The position numbers and the translations under genes were made by a program. DNA of 63,099 bases, filler included, from Octopus bimaculoides (lineage: Eukaryota): assembly GCF_001194135.2 (NCBI RefSeq). It is 6 parts of 6 records of this genome, joined end to end, with 100 filler letters (N's around TTAATTAATTAA, not from the genome) between each part and the next. Parts side by side here need not be neighbours in the genome. Positions count along the whole stretch, not along the records: positions 1 to 17,975 come from NC_068995.1; positions 18,076 to 39,733 come from NC_068981.1; 4 more parts are not named here. One strand, 5' to 3'. How positions within the stretch are numbered: the first letter of the stretch is position 1; every line of letters starts with the position of its first letter. This document shows positions 12,681 to 25,569 of the stretch, piece by piece. The notes below the pieces were generated by a model. It did no database searches and was not told the DNA's origin. It was given only the letters and a program-made list of their open reading frames with translations.

Positions 12681-13179
12681 AATTATATATATATATATAT
12701 NNNNNNNNNNNNNNNNNNNNNNNNNNNNNNNNNNNNNNNNNNNNNNNNNNNNNNNNNNNNNNNNNNNNNNNNNNNNNNNNNNNNNNNNNNNNNNNNNNNN
12801 NNNNNNNNNNNNNNNNNNNNNNNNNNNNNNNNNNNNNNNNNNNNNNNNNNNNNNNNNNNNNNNNNNNNNNNNNNNNNNNNNNNNNNNNNNNNNNNNNNNN
12901 NNNNNNNNNNNNNNNNNNNNNNNNNNNNNNNNNNNNNNNNNNNNNNNNNNNNNNNNNNNNNNNNNNNNNNNNNNNNNNNNNNNNNNNNNNNNNNNNNNNN
13001 NNNNNNNNNNNNNNNNNNNNNNNNNNNNNNNNNNNNNNNNNNNNNNNNNNNNNNNNNNNNNNNNNNNNNNNNNNNNNNNNNNNNNNNNNNNNNNNNNNNN
13101 NNNNNNNNNNNNNNNNNNNNNNNNNNNNNNNNNNNNNNNNNNNNNNNNNNNNNNNNNNNNNNNNNNNNNNNNNNNNNNN

Positions 13180-13220
<41 letters not shown>

Positions 13221-13559
13221 TTTATATATATATATTTATGTGTGTGTGTGTGTGTATGTGTGTGTGTATATATATGTATGTATGTCTGTGTGTGTGTAAT
13301 TTGTCTAAGAGTTCATAAGTCAGGAAAAAAATGTACTCGTATATCTATACGAGTGCATTTTTTCCTGTGTGCATTTTCCTGTGTGCATAAGAGTGCATTT
13401 TTCAATCCGAAGTGTACAAATCCGAAGTGCACAGTATTATATATCCATTACGGCCGATCTTACTGATCGATTTCGGGCTAGGGATTCAACAGAGTATTAG
13501 GTAACAATCTGATTATGTAACCATGCTCTCATCAGAGGTAGCCGATATGGAAAGAAATA

Positions 13560-15330
13560 TAGCGACTGCTCTCTATTGTTGCTGGGGAACTGACACATCC
13601 GGTTTGCGGTTGCTGTGAAAAAGATTATGAAACGAAACCAGAAGAAACGAAAATCATGGTGGGAAATTTAAGGAAAGTCTTATAATGTTAAAAGAAGTAC
13701 TAACAAAACTGGATCAAAGTGTTGAAAAATGGGTTATCCAGCAAAATTGGCCAAGAAGTCTCTCTATGCAAGACATGGATATGAAACTTAAAGAATTCAT
13801 CTCAATAATGCGAGCCATATACATTAAATTTGTCCCAGAGAAGAGACCAACCACATACAAAAACATCATTCCCCGGAAAAGGAGAATCCTTATGAGACGG
13901 AGAATCACTTAAATAAACAACTTAACGACAGCGAGAAATCCTTCCTAGAAGAGAGACTTTTAGAGATCGAAAATATACTCAGCCTCTCTCATGAAAAGGA
14001 AAGGGTAGAAAGAGAAACCAAGGCGGTGGAAAATATAAAAATAAATACTAAAGCATTCTACAAGTTCACGAAAGAGTCTGCCTTGGTGCACTACAAGATA
14101 GGGCCACTGAAGAAGACGGCTCGCTAACTGCAGACCCCAAGAGTATGGGTGAAGTACTAAATAAGCAATTTCATAGTGTCTTCACCTCTCCACAGGGAAA
14201 CATGCAAACAAGCGAGCTTAGAGAGTTTCAACACTGCAAAGCTACATGAGAAAAAGGCAACAATCGATTACAGCGACATAAAAGAGAAAGATGTAATATC
14301 GGCCATTGACGAGATGAGCTCAAACTCAGCAACGGGCTCAGATGGGTTTCCGGCGGTTCTCCTAAAGACATGCATGAAAGCTCTTGCAAAACCACTGCAG
14401 GTACCTTTTCAGAGTTTCCTTCTACGTTGAAAACTTCCCAGAATATTAAAAGAGGGTATTCATATGCCTTGTCTATAAAGGAGGAAGCGGAGCATATGCT
14501 AAAAATTATAGGCCTATCTCTTTGACTTCACATGTTAGCAAGGTTATGGGACGCATTGTCAGAAGAAGACTGATCACGTTCCTGGAAGAGAATAACTTGC
14601 TCACAAACACGCAGCATGGTTTCCACCCAGAGAGGGGCTGCCTCACACAGCTAATGAAACATTAATACTAGGTACTGAAACTGCAGCTCAACCACTTAAA
14701 TGTGGATGTGATATATCTCGACTTTGTCAAAGCCCTTGACAAAGTTGATCATGGGATGATATGCCACAAACTACGTGACCTTGGTACCACTGGAAAACTG
14801 GGAAAGTGGCTGCACTACTTTTTAAAAGACAAAAGTCAGACAAAAGTTGCAGCTAATGGTGCTTTCTCTGGAGAGACATCAATCCACAGTAGAGTTCCTC
14901 AGGGAACTGTACTGGAACCACTACTGTTTGTAGTGGCTCTCTCAGACATGCCGTCATTTGTACAGTCAGTCACTCTCACCAGCTACGCCGATGATACAAA
15001 GGTACCTCAGGCGGTCAAGAACTCTGAGGACGTAGTAAAACTGCAACATGACCTGCATGCAAATTATAAATGGGCTGATGAAAATAACATGCAGTTCAAT
15101 GCTGATAAGTTTCAAGCACTCCCTTATCGGCCCACAAACAGACTATAATCGCTGTACATAGGACCAAGGGGCAGTGCAATCATCCCAGAGTTAGAATCAT
15201 ACGTGATTTGGAAATTCACATGAGCAATGATGCAACATTCCATGTGAATATTACGAGGATGGCAATACTGTGCAGACGAGTAGCTAGAGGGATCCTTAGC
15301 TCATTCAGAACCAGAAATAAGGACATGTAG
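13560..15330 (+). mobile_element. CR1/L2-group LINE ORF2 remnant (linker plus RT)
   Basis: GSDGFPAVLLK, NYRPISLTS, QHGF, DVIYLDFVKALDKVDHG, VPQGTVL and YADDTK. Confidence 0.92.
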
Positions 15331-15404
15331 TGTGAATGGTGTATGGGATGTAAGGGGGTTAGTGATATTAAATGGAAGATTAGTGGTGTTCTATATTATG
15401 TTAT

Positions 15405-15652
15405 GTGTTTATATTTAGTTGAGGAAGATATTTATTAATGAAAATTGCCTCTTTATTCATTCCTTGTTGTGTTGATGTGTTCTGTGAACATTGATAGAAG
15501 GGAAAAATTAGGAAATTAGGATTAAGATTCCTCGCACACCTTTCTATGTGTCCACTAACCTGTATCTGTCTGTAATGTGGGTGGCGGATTTGTTCTTTGT
15601 GGAGAGTAGTTCTTCTACGGAGTGATATTCCTGTTTGGCCAATATAGATATT
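15405..15652 (-). mobile_element. Penelope-like GIY-YIG endonuclease C-terminal fragment
   Basis: The minus strand reads YIGQTGISLRRRTTLHKEQIRHPHYRQIQVSGHIERC...FLIFPFY...EAIFINKYLPQLN. Confidence 0.7.
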
Positions 15653-16659
15653 NNNNNNNNNNNNNNNNNNNNNNNNNNNNNNNNNNNNNNNNNNNNNNNN
15701 NNNNNNNNNNNNNNNNNNNNNNNNNNNNNNNNNNNNNNNNNNNNNNNNNNNNNNNNNNNNNNNNNNNNNNNNNNNNNNNNNNNNNNNNNNNNNNNNNNNN
15801 NNNNNNNNNNNNNNNNNNNNNNNNNNNNNNNNNNNNNNNNNNNNNNNNNNNNNNNNNNNNNNNNNNNNNNNNNNNNNNNNNNNNNNNNNNNNNNNNNNNN
15901 NNNNNNNNNNNNNNNNNNNNNNNNNNNNNNNNNNNNNNNNNNNNNNNNNNNNNNNNNNNNNNNNNNNNNNNNNNNNNNNNNNNNNNNNNNNNNNNNNNNN
16001 NNNNNNNNNNNNNNNNNNNNNNNNNNNNNNNNNNNNNNNNNNNNNNNNNNNNNNNNNNNNNNNNNNNNNNNNNNNNNNNNNNNNNNNNNNNNNNNNNNNN
16101 NNNNNNNNNNNNNNNNNNNNNNNNNNNNNNNNNNNNNNNNNNNNNNNNNNNNNNNNNNNNNNNNNNNNNNNNNNNNNNNNNNNNNNNNNNNNNNNNNNNN
16201 NNNNNNNNNNNNNNNNNNNNNNNNNNNNNNNNNNNNNNNNNNNNNNNNNNNNNNNNNNNNNNNNNNNNNNNNNNNNNNNNNNNNNNNNNNNNNNNNNNNN
16301 NNNNNNNNNNNNNNNNNNNNNNNNNNNNNNNNNNNNNNNNNNNNNNNNNNNNNNNNNNNNNNNNNNNNNNNNNNNNNNNNNNNNNNNNNNNNNNNNNNTA
16401 TATATATAGATATGTGTGTGTGTGTGTGTCTGTCTATCTATGTTTTGCCCTTACCCCCTTCTGATTCGTCAGACATTTCGTCTAACAAAGAAAGTTCAAC
16501 AGAATGGCAAGTAGCCATGGGGGGGGGGGTTAAAAGAAGAAGATAAAAAAATCCCAAATAAGCAAATGCAAGCAAAGCAGGGAAAGCCAAACCAGCATCA
16601 ACACCACAAAAACACACACAATGGTATCAGCGATACACACAAAAAACACAAAACTAATA

Positions 16660-17150
16660 GACTTCATCACAGCTCAAATTCTTTCGTCAATTTCTTTTGT
16701 CAAATTCTTTCGTCGCTATATTGTGATCGCAAGGAGTACTCATGTCAATTAAAAAACACATCTTTTTTATCTGATCTTTTATAATAATATCCGGTTTATT
16801 AGCTTTTATAGTTTTCTCGGTATGTACGAGGAAGTCCCAGAGAATCGACACATTTTCTCCCTCAGTCACAGCTTCAGGATGGTGTTTATACCATTTGTCA
16901 GTAGTTTTGATTTTATAATGCCGACATATTGTCCAGTGTAAATACTGGCCGACTCTGTATTTTTTTGCTTTATATTCTACAGGTGCTAAGACTACACTCT
17001 GAGATTAGGTGGTCCATAATTTCAATCTCATCGTGACAGAATCGGCATTGTGCGTCAGCTCCATTTTTTATCACATTGGCTTGGTAGTTCCGGGTTAATA
17101 AGCTTTGGTCTTGAGCAGCTAAAATGAAACCTTCACTCTCTGCTTTTAGC
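16660..17150 (-). mobile_element. R4/Dong-like non-LTR fragment (CCHC knuckle plus REL endonuclease), abutting (TAA)n
   Basis: GLKAESEGFILAAQDQSLLTRNY...CRFC...DHLISEC and ILWDF...NKPDIIIKD...LIDMSTP. Confidence 0.88.
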
Positions 17151-17153
17151 CCA

Positions 17154-17271
<118 letters not shown>

Positions 17272-17289
17272 ATTCCTTCGTNNNNNNNN

Positions 17290-17926
17290 NNCGTAAAAAT
17301 GCACCGGAGTCTTTAGTCATCTGTCAATTCACAACAAGGACCTCAGACAGATAATACTTTCCTTAAGATGTGCGCTGTGCCCGATAAGGCTACTTTTTGC
17401 AAGACATCAGTCTTGCATGGGATTTCCAGTTGCCTTAAGAAGTCTTGAAGTTTCAATGGGATTGAGCCCAACGCTCCGATTACCACTGATATCACTTTCA
17501 CATTACCCTCTCGCATTACAGTCTTGCTATTTCTACTTTCAGTTCGGAGTACTTGGTGATTTTTTAACCTCTTTACTAACAACATTCATGTTATTTGGTA
17601 TGGCTACATCAATGATCTGACAGTATTTGTCTCTCTTATTCAATATGACAATATTCGGCCGACAGTGTTTGATTACACGATCTGTCTGAAAATCATAGTC
17701 CCAGACTGTCGTTACTTTTCCATCCTCCTGCCTAACTTTACTTGGTACAGGCTCATACTAGTTCTCTGTTACTCCATATTGGTATTTACGGCATAAGAGC
17801 CAATGAAGATACACACACACACTTTATCAGGGCGGCAGTTGTATTCTTTTTGTGCAAGGCTCTCACATCCACTTACCAAGTGGGTCACATTTTCCACACT
17901 CTTTCCACAGAGTCTGCATTTCTGGG
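17290..17926 (-). mobile_element. R4/Dong-like non-LTR 3' fragment flanked by (TAA)n/(CAA)n
   Basis: C-terminus VISVVIGALGSIP...LQKVALSGTAHILRKVLSV; (ATT)n lies on both sides. Confidence 0.85.
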
Positions 17927-17975
<49 letters not shown>

Positions 17976-18130
17976 NNNNNNNNNNNNNNNNNNNNNNNNN
18001 NNNNNNNNNNNNNNNNNNNTTAATTAATTAANNNNNNNNNNNNNNNNNNNNNNNNNNNNNNNNNNNNNNNNNNNNGAGAGAGAGAGATATGCATTCTTGT
18101 GTGTGAGTCTATTTGTCTGTCTGTCCGTTC

Positions 18131-18179
<49 letters not shown>

Positions 18180-18189
18180 CATATGTATA

Positions 18190-19000
18190 TTTATCTACGT
18201 CTAATTGTTAAAGAGCTCAACTGACGTTAAGGCAAAACACACATCTCAAGTCATATCCGTTACTATGACTGGAAAAATTTAAAGTCTTACGGCTGTTTTT
18301 GGGATATCCCAGAGTATGGGACATTCCGTCATCGGAGACAAAATACGGAAAATGGGAAGGCTATAGATTAATGAAATGACGACAGAGAGGACAAGAGTAT
18401 AGGAATAAGGAGCTGAAAAATAAGAAGAAAGAAAAAAAAATGCTTAAAAGTTCACAGTTCAACTTTCCGATCGTGTAGATGTTAGGCCATTTGTACTTAG
18501 GTGCAATTCTGTTTAAATCCATGCAGGTTAAAGTACTAATAGTGTAAATATCCAGTAATAGATGTAAAGGTATCGACATTCCCTAAGTAAATNNNNNNNN
18601 NNTTTATCTACGTCTAATTGTTAAAGAGCTCAACTGACGTTAAGGCAAAACAAACATCTCAAGTCATATCCGTTACTATGACTGGAAAAATTTAAAGTGT
18701 TACGGCTGTTTTGGGGATATCTCAGAGTATGGGATATTCCGTCATCGGAGACAAAATACGGAAAATGGGAAGGCTATAGATTAATGAAATGACGACAGAG
18801 AGGACAAGAGTATAGGAATAAGGAGCTGAAAAATAAGAAGAAAGAAAAAAAAATGCTTAAAANNNNNNNNNNGATCGTGTAGATGTTAGGCCATTTGTAC
18901 TTAGGTGCAATTCTGTTTAAATCCATGCAGGTTAAAGTACTAATAGTGTAAATATCCAGTAATAGATGTAAAGGTATCGACATTCCCTAAGTAAATGATA
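18190..19000. repeat. ~410-bp direct duplication across a 10-N gap (likely two haplotypes)
   Basis: 18190-18591 and 18603-18996 differ by only a few substitutions. Confidence 0.65.
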
Positions 19001-19025
19001 GCGGAGAAAGAAAAATAAATAGAGA

Positions 19026-19063
<38 letters not shown>

Positions 19064-19302
19064 GAGAGAGTAGGGGAGGAAAGCAAGGATTGGCATTAAG
19101 GATAAAATAAGGTATATAAGAATATATTGTATAAAAATATAGTGTACAAATATAACGAAGAAGATAAATAAATAAAATTAATAGTTGTCGCCAAGCCAAC
19201 ATGGCAGTCCCAAAATTAGGACGAATGCTGCCGTTGATTAGCTCCAAGAGGCTATCGCCTCTAGCTAGCTATGTGACACACGAAACCTGTGTCCTTTATA
19301 AC

Positions 19303-19399
19303 TAAATAAATATCTAAGGGTAAATAAATATCTAAGGGTAAATAAATATCTAAGGTTAAATAAATATCTAAGGTTAAATAAATATCTAAGGGTAAATAA
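19303..19399. repeat. 18-bp minisatellite (TAAATAAATATCTAAGGK) x~5.4
   Basis: Read directly from the sequence. Confidence 0.9.
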
Positions 19400-19689
19400 G
19401 GAAAGAGGTGGAGGTCAAGGAAGTTAAATGTAAAAAACAAAATAAAGTCAAATGAAAGGGATTCAACGAGAATAACAGGAGCCTGTGGTATTCTTCTAAT
19501 CTGTAGGGGTTGGGCAGGAAATCTAGTTGTAAGTGCTTGTGTCCGTTTTATGGCTGTAGAAATATATTTAGCTATGGGGGTATGGGTGTGTTAGGCAGTC
19601 GTGAATGCAGAAACCAGTTGAATGTTAAATTATTTAGGAATGAGAGTTAGAATTGAATATTAGGGGATTTTATTACTCTTTTACTCTTT

Positions 19690-20190
19690 TACTTCAGTTG
19701 CTCTGAATCACTTGGAGAGACTACTTTGAGTATCGGAAAAAATTCTACCAAGGAATTATATAACATAGTAAAACTTACAAAAATATAAGATGATATTTGA
19801 ATTTATCATCGTTGTTTATTCCATTCCAAAAGAAAGGAAATTTGGCTACCACTGAAGTGAACAGTTGTGATACAATTAGAACCGACGTACGCTTAGAGTA
19901 GATTTCTTTCTGCACAACAGTGACTGGACAAAAGTTTATGATACTATGTTAAAATTAGAGAAAGCAGGCGAAACAACATATATGGCAGTTTAGATGAATG
20001 TGTATCATTAAGATCTACAATAACACTTACTAGATTAGGTCATGATAGCAGTGAAATTCTATAATTTATTAAAAAATCAGACACAATGTCCGGATTCTCT
20101 ATATCACCGGATGTAAACTCTTCCGTATAGTTTGGAGTTCCACCAGTAATATTTTTAAATCAAAAATTTTCTTGTCTTCTTATATAAAGC
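19690..20190 (+). pseudogene. Paralogous IL-17 promoter cassette copy 1, with exon 1 and the ATG deleted
   Basis: Aligns by eye (~80%) to 38970-39415 and to 25570-25830, then jumps directly to aaagcgtcagaa (intron-1 sequence, cf. 26138-26149), skipping the whole exon. Confidence 0.7.
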
Positions 20191-20214
20191 GTCAGAATGT
20201 ATCTACAGTAATTA

Positions 20215-20216
<2 letters not shown>

Positions 20217-20245
<29 letters not shown>

Positions 20246-21000
20246 TATCATTATTCAATTTTTCTTCAAGATTTCTTGCCAGTAGAGAAAGAACCGATTT
20301 CTAAGCAAGATCCAAGGCTCCTCCATTGGAATTTCAATATCAACAACAGGATATATTTGTATGTATGTATGTACGTATGTATGTATGTATGTATGTATGT
20401 ATGTATGTATGTATGTATGTGCAGATTTGTATGTTTTGTGTAGGTATTCTCATGCATATAGTTGCATATCTAGACATGTTCATATATATTTACAAATAAA
20501 CTTCTGAAAAGTTTTACAGATTTTTACAGTTTCAGTGATGGATTGGATCTGTAGTCTTCGAATTAGCTTTCTACTTTCTGATTTTGAGAAGCCTAAATTC
20601 TCAAGATTGATATTTAGGCAGTGTGTTACATACCCCAGGTCCCCAATAATTACAGGTATAAACCTGAACTTGTAATCTGAATAGAGTAACTGTAGATTTC
20701 TCAATAGTTTAGAATAGGTGTTCTCTTTTTCACTGATCTTCAGCTTTATGTTAGCTTCCGCTTGGCAGCTAATTTCCACAACTGTGCACTGTTTCTCTTC
20801 TCTATCCCAAATCCTTATATCAGGTCTGTTGTGCTAGCTTTTGATTGAGGTCTTCACTGGTACATCCCTCCAGTATTCCTTTTAATTGAGCAGCTATGGT
20901 TTCTGCCATATTGTGGGTTCTTATTTCTTTGTCCGACGGATTTCATTATAGAGTGCCCTAGCTACATCATGTCTCATTGTTTGACAGTAAAGATACAATC
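20217..21000 (-). mobile_element. R4-like REL non-LTR family 2, 3' fragment with (CATA)n tail
   Basis: ORF 20480-20779 (EISC...KENTY..LLRNLQLLY...FIPVIIGDLG) and RHDVARALY upstream. Confidence 0.88.
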
Positions 21001-21374
21001 AGCTGTGCCCCTGGAGGAACGAACACCACACTGAGATTCAAACACTATATTTGGAACTATAAAGGTTTTTAAACGTTCTAACAAAATAAGAGCAAGTACC
21101 TTTCCAACCACAGACAAAAGCGAAATCTCACGAAAATTACCACACAGATTCTTTGGTCTCGATTTCTACAAGGAGATTAAAATGGCATCAATCCAATCTT
21201 AAGGCACTTTCTCAGTTCTCCAACAGTGACGATTTAATATATCTAAGAGTCCAAACGTTTTATCACACCCATATTTCAAGACTTCTGCACAGATTTCCTC
21301 AGACCCTGGATACTTATTGTCATTCAGCTTATTCACAGCTAAATAAATGTCATTTAGAGTTGGTTCAAATGCCA

Positions 21375-22189
21375 TCTCTTCTATAATTGGAAGGTGTAAA
21401 ATTTTTCCGTCGTCCTCATGTCAACAGATGATTGTCTATTCAAAAGTGCAGTCAAATGTTCTACCCAACGCTTATGAATAGAAGTGGTGTCAGTCAGAAG
21501 AAAACGTCCATTTGCTGTTCTCACTGGAGTTATTGAAGAAGATTTTGGGCCATATACCTCCTTAGCATAAAAGTACAAACTCTTGGCATCATTTCTATCA
21601 GCTGCTTCTTGTGACCCTTTTGCTCTATCATTCCACCATTCCTGTTTAATTTTCCTTAGAGCAGCCTGCACTTTCCTTTTCAACTTTCTGTAAGTTTCGT
21701 TTGAGTTGGGGTTCAAGGACTGAGAAAGAAGTGTATTGCTTTAGTTTTGTTTTTCTAAAAGTAGATCATGAATTTCTGCTGATCTGTTTGAGAACCAGTC
21801 ACTGGATTTATGAGATTTAAATCCCACTGACGAACTTGCAGCCGCAAATCCTTTTGTTTTGAAATCTTCCACTGATTGTTTGGGTCAAGATTGATACTTT
21901 CTATAGCATTGTGGAATCTTGGCAAGTTGATTGATAATTTAAACTTTTCAACATTTAAGTTTTTGGGTGCCTTAGGACTAGACTGTTGATTTTTAGGCAT
22001 TATCGAAAAATCTATTTTTCCACGCAGTAGATGACGGTCAGTCCAGCTCTCTGCCCCTCTCATGACCCGAACGCTAGAAACGTCTTTTATATCACGTTTC
22101 CTGATCAGAATATAATCTATGAGATGCCAATGCTTACGTCTTGGGTGCATCCAGGTGGTTTTAGTTTTATTTTTCTGTTTAGACAGAAT
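21375..22189 (-). mobile_element. RTE-BovB LINE ORF fragment (endonuclease end plus linker)
   Basis: TTWMHPRRKHWHLIDYIL...VMRGAESWTD and WW...AADRND...KEVYGP...RWVEH. Confidence 0.9.
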
Positions 22190-22334
22190 NNNNNNNNNNN
22201 NNNNNNNNNNNNNNNNNNNNNNNNNNNNNNNNNNNNNNNNNNNNNNNNNNNNNNNNNNNNNNNNNNNNNNNNNNNNNNNNNNNNNNNNNNNNNNNNNNNN
22301 NNNNNNNNNNNNNNNNNNNNNNNNNNNNNNNNNN

Positions 22335-22379
<45 letters not shown>

Positions 22380-22589
22380 AATGGAAAGAAATGAAATCTG
22401 AATATGCTGAACACTTTATCGGAGATGTAGAATGCGCTCTGTTTGGCGGCAAAACAGAAAACTATTATTTGATGTTTATCTTCTAAAACCACTAAGATGT
22501 ATATCATAACATACTTGTAGCATTGTGTACCTGTTGTACTAATGAATTAAAGATTAATACCGGTCATAAATTTTCTTTTATCAGCACAA

Positions 22590-22915
22590 GTAATTTTGTA
22601 TGGTTAAGAAGCTCGCTTTGCAACCATGTGGTTTTGGGGTTCAATCCCACTACACACCATCTTAAGCAAGTGTCTTCTATATCCTCAATGACTTGTGGGT
22701 GAATTTGGTAGACGGACACTGTATGCAACCTTATGGAACATACATGTGTATGTGTGTGTGTGTATGCACGCGCGTGTGCGTGAGTTTGTGTGTGACTCTG
22801 TGTGTGTGTGTATGTGTGTGCCCGAGTTTTAACAATCCTAGCTTTAAAAAATAAGCACTATTATCGATCCGTTCCATGAAACACATCACAACGGTGTCCC
22901 AGCATGGCCAAAAGA
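22590..22915 (+). mobile_element. tRNA-derived SINE with internal (TG)n
   Basis: A/B-box-like head (tggttaagaagctcgctttgcaacc...ggttcaatccc), core gcaagtgtcttcta...tttggtagacgg, tail ccagcatggcc. Confidence 0.75.
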
Positions 22916-22920
22916 TATCC

Positions 22921-23082
22921 TCCAGTAAATTTCAACAATTCGTTGTACCTTATCTTCATGATTCAAATGTTGTTTCCTTAGAAAATATTTTCCTCGTATA
23001 AAAGCTGTTTACTTATGATTTCACACATTTATTTGTATACTGTAACATCTCTATTTAATATACTTATCCTTTGACTCTTATT
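22921..23082 (+). repeat. Paralogous intron-1 block X (copy in unit 1)
   Basis: High similarity to 27771-27938. Both copies directly follow a SINE 3' end and lie downstream of a promoter cassette. Confidence 0.8.
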
Positions 23083-23184
23083 TTCTCACGGCTGACACAC
23101 TTACTATTTGAATTATTATCAGGTGAAACAATCTTGTGCATTTTGAAAACCTTATCTGTGTGTTTATTATCCCCCCCCCCCACT

Positions 23185-24060
23185 TAACGACGGCGGAGGT
23201 ATTTTTTTTAGTCGTGTTTGTTTGTTTGCCCGTGGACAAGTTATCTCAAGAATCACTTGATGGATTCGGATGAAACTTTCAGGGACGTTTGGCCTTGTGA
23301 TGGGCACGAAGTGCTTAGATTTTGGGATCGATCCGGTACCGGACAAGGATTCTGGACTAGTTGTTATATTTACTTTACTTTACATGATTACAATCTCACA
23401 TTGACTTTCCAGTCTTTCTCAATTATCTCCCTTTAGGCTGTCTCTAAAGTTATTTTCGTTTCTCTATTATTAATTTTACTCCCGTCTCTATCTTAGTAGA
23501 AAGTGATGGATAAAGAAATCAAACTACATAAGCAAACGGCAGCAAAACCGTTCAAAAAATTAAATAACACTAACATATTTTTATAATATATATATTACAT
23601 ATTATACATACAAATTAACACTTTACAATATACTTACACATATACATACATGTCCACATCAATCTAAAACAACAGGAATACTAAAGGAAGGTCGGAATTT
23701 TAGAGAAGAGAAAACCAAAATGTCTCATGCTATTCATTTAAAATTTCCTGAGTAGAAATTATTATTATTACCTCTGCCTTTGAAACTATTTTGAATGGTG
23801 AATTTGTTAACTTTGGCTTGTATTAAGACAAGGATAAACTACTTATTACTGTTACTAAATTTTCTACACCCTCCATCACATTCCATGACTATCATTGGGA
23901 TCGATCAGGTACCAGACGAGTATTCTGGATTATTTTTCTGTTTTTTTTTTACTTAATTTTTGAGAGCGGTTGGCTTCATTTTTAGTATTCTCGTTTGTGA
24001 GAGTAGTCGGGTTTACTCCAAATATTCTCATTTTAAAAATCATCTCCGGTTAATCGTTGA
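23185..24060 (+). mobile_element. HINE/Helentron-like non-autonomous fragments (23185-23350 and 23765-24060)
   Basis: ggcggaggt...gtttgtttgtttgcccgtggacaag...ggattcggatgaaactttcagg and ttattacctctgcc starts; shared gggatcgatc.ggtacc.gac block. Confidence 0.45.
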
Positions 24061-25225
24061 GAAGACGTTGGTGTCGTCGTTAGTGTTGTATTTGGGTCAG
24101 TTGAGTTGGAAGTGTATACGCTCCATGTGAGTACTGTTATTGCTAAACTGTTATTTATTGAATTATGGATTGTTGTTACCTGAAATTGTTAAACTTGCTT
24201 CCTGGTTTTTAAATTTTCTTCCCCATTTTTATGGGGGAAGTTGTGAATAATATTGTGATGGATGGTATACCAGTGCAAGCGGGCAGTTATGCTGCGGTGA
24301 CTAGCAAAAGCCTGTCAGCAGGGGTACTGCAAGTTAGAGAAATTAAATTGCAGGAGGAAAGCTTCAAGAAACATAGGAAGGAGGGAGATAGCCTGAGGCT
24401 GACGCCTCCCAAGGAAGTGACAGAAAAAATGGAGAAGAATACAATTGTATACAGAACATTAAATATTGCAGTGAAAAAGGTGGAAATAGCAGCGGTGGAG
24501 GCGGTCGATGAGTGCCTGAGAGAAAGTAAGAGTGTAACGACGTACTACACCAAAGGAAGGAAATACGGCACAGTGGAGGTATGTGAGTGAAAAAGAACCG
24601 AGAAAATACGCCACTGTGCCTTTGAGATCAGCAGAGTGGCACTACTACTTACTGTGGCAAACAAGCGGCCAGAGTAAGAATAGGTAGAGTGCCCTCCAGA
24701 AATTGATGGGGCGTGGCTGGTGGCAGCTATCCTCTTCAATACAGAGGAGGACACCGAAGTATTGAAAATATCGAGAACTACGGAAGTGAATTGTTGGGGG
24801 GTATGGACTAAATGTATTGGTCCATATAAGCTTGCCAGACCTCCACAAGATTGCGGAAGAACTGGTAATGCCAGATGAAACAAGGTTAAGAATAGTGGAG
24901 GAAGGAAGACCAGTTGTATGTTTTCTATGTGGAACCTCGACATTCTCAGTGATAAACATGGCAAGACAGAAAACACAATATATGACAAAGCACTTACATG
25001 AATAGTAGGTCCATGTCATATACAGAAGTGTAAAACCNNNNNNNNNNNNNNNNNNNNNNNNNNNNNNNNNNNNNNNNNNNNNNNNNNNNNNNNNNNNNNN
25101 NNNNNNNNNNNNNNNNNNNNNNNNNNNNNNNNNNNNNTCGCCCCCCTCGAAAAGAAAAAAACTCTACATTTGTATTTTGTCCCTTCTATCTTGAGCCCTG
25201 TGTGGCTAATAAAGAAACATATCTT
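24060..25225 (+). mobile_element. LINE ORF1 (same family as 5570-7487), colinear, degenerate
   Basis: ATG 24258: MDGIPVQAGSYAAV...RLTPP...GTVEV...YCGKQAARVRIGRVPPE...LRIVEEGRPVVCFLCG. 3' end ctaataaagaaa at ~25205-25216. Confidence 0.82.
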
Positions 25226-25569
25226 AAGCTTGAATGCAAGTTCTAGATGTATCTGGCATTTTTCTCATATTTCATAAAACATGGAAACGCTTATTCTCCG
25301 CTGATGAGATACTTTCAAATATTTATAAACTCTGCCTTACGACGCCAGTCGAAAATTGTTATATCCCTCTTCAGAAAATGGCGAGGAAGCCACTGAAAAA
25401 TTCATCGTTTCCTCTTTATACACTCTTTATCCTTTAGCGATAATTAGGAGTTTGAAGCTCTTTCCTAAAATCCTTCCATGAAATAATTTTTAAATAGCAA
25501 TTTCAGGTTTGAATAAGAGAGAAAAAAGAAGAAGACGTAATCTTTCTTTCGTTCCTCTTAGCGAGTGTC

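Noticed and set aside
18020-18032. TTAATTAATTAA islands inside N runs (also ~39778, ~47499, ~60452, ~61744)
   Set aside because: A scaffolding pad with stops in all six frames, not biological sequence.
18190-19000. Tandem 410-bp duplication with twin ORFs (MSIPLHLLLD...)
   Set aside because: The copies are split by a 10-N gap with few SNPs, consistent with haplotype overlap; the ORF has no recognisable homology.
19303-19399. CRISPR-like or regulatory array
   Set aside because: Contiguous tandem units without spacers in a eukaryotic context.
19690-20160. Minus-strand reading HCCAERNLL...VVSPSD resembling a cytidine deaminase
   Set aside because: Multiple stops, no PCxxC motif, and the segment is better explained as the plus-strand promoter cassette.
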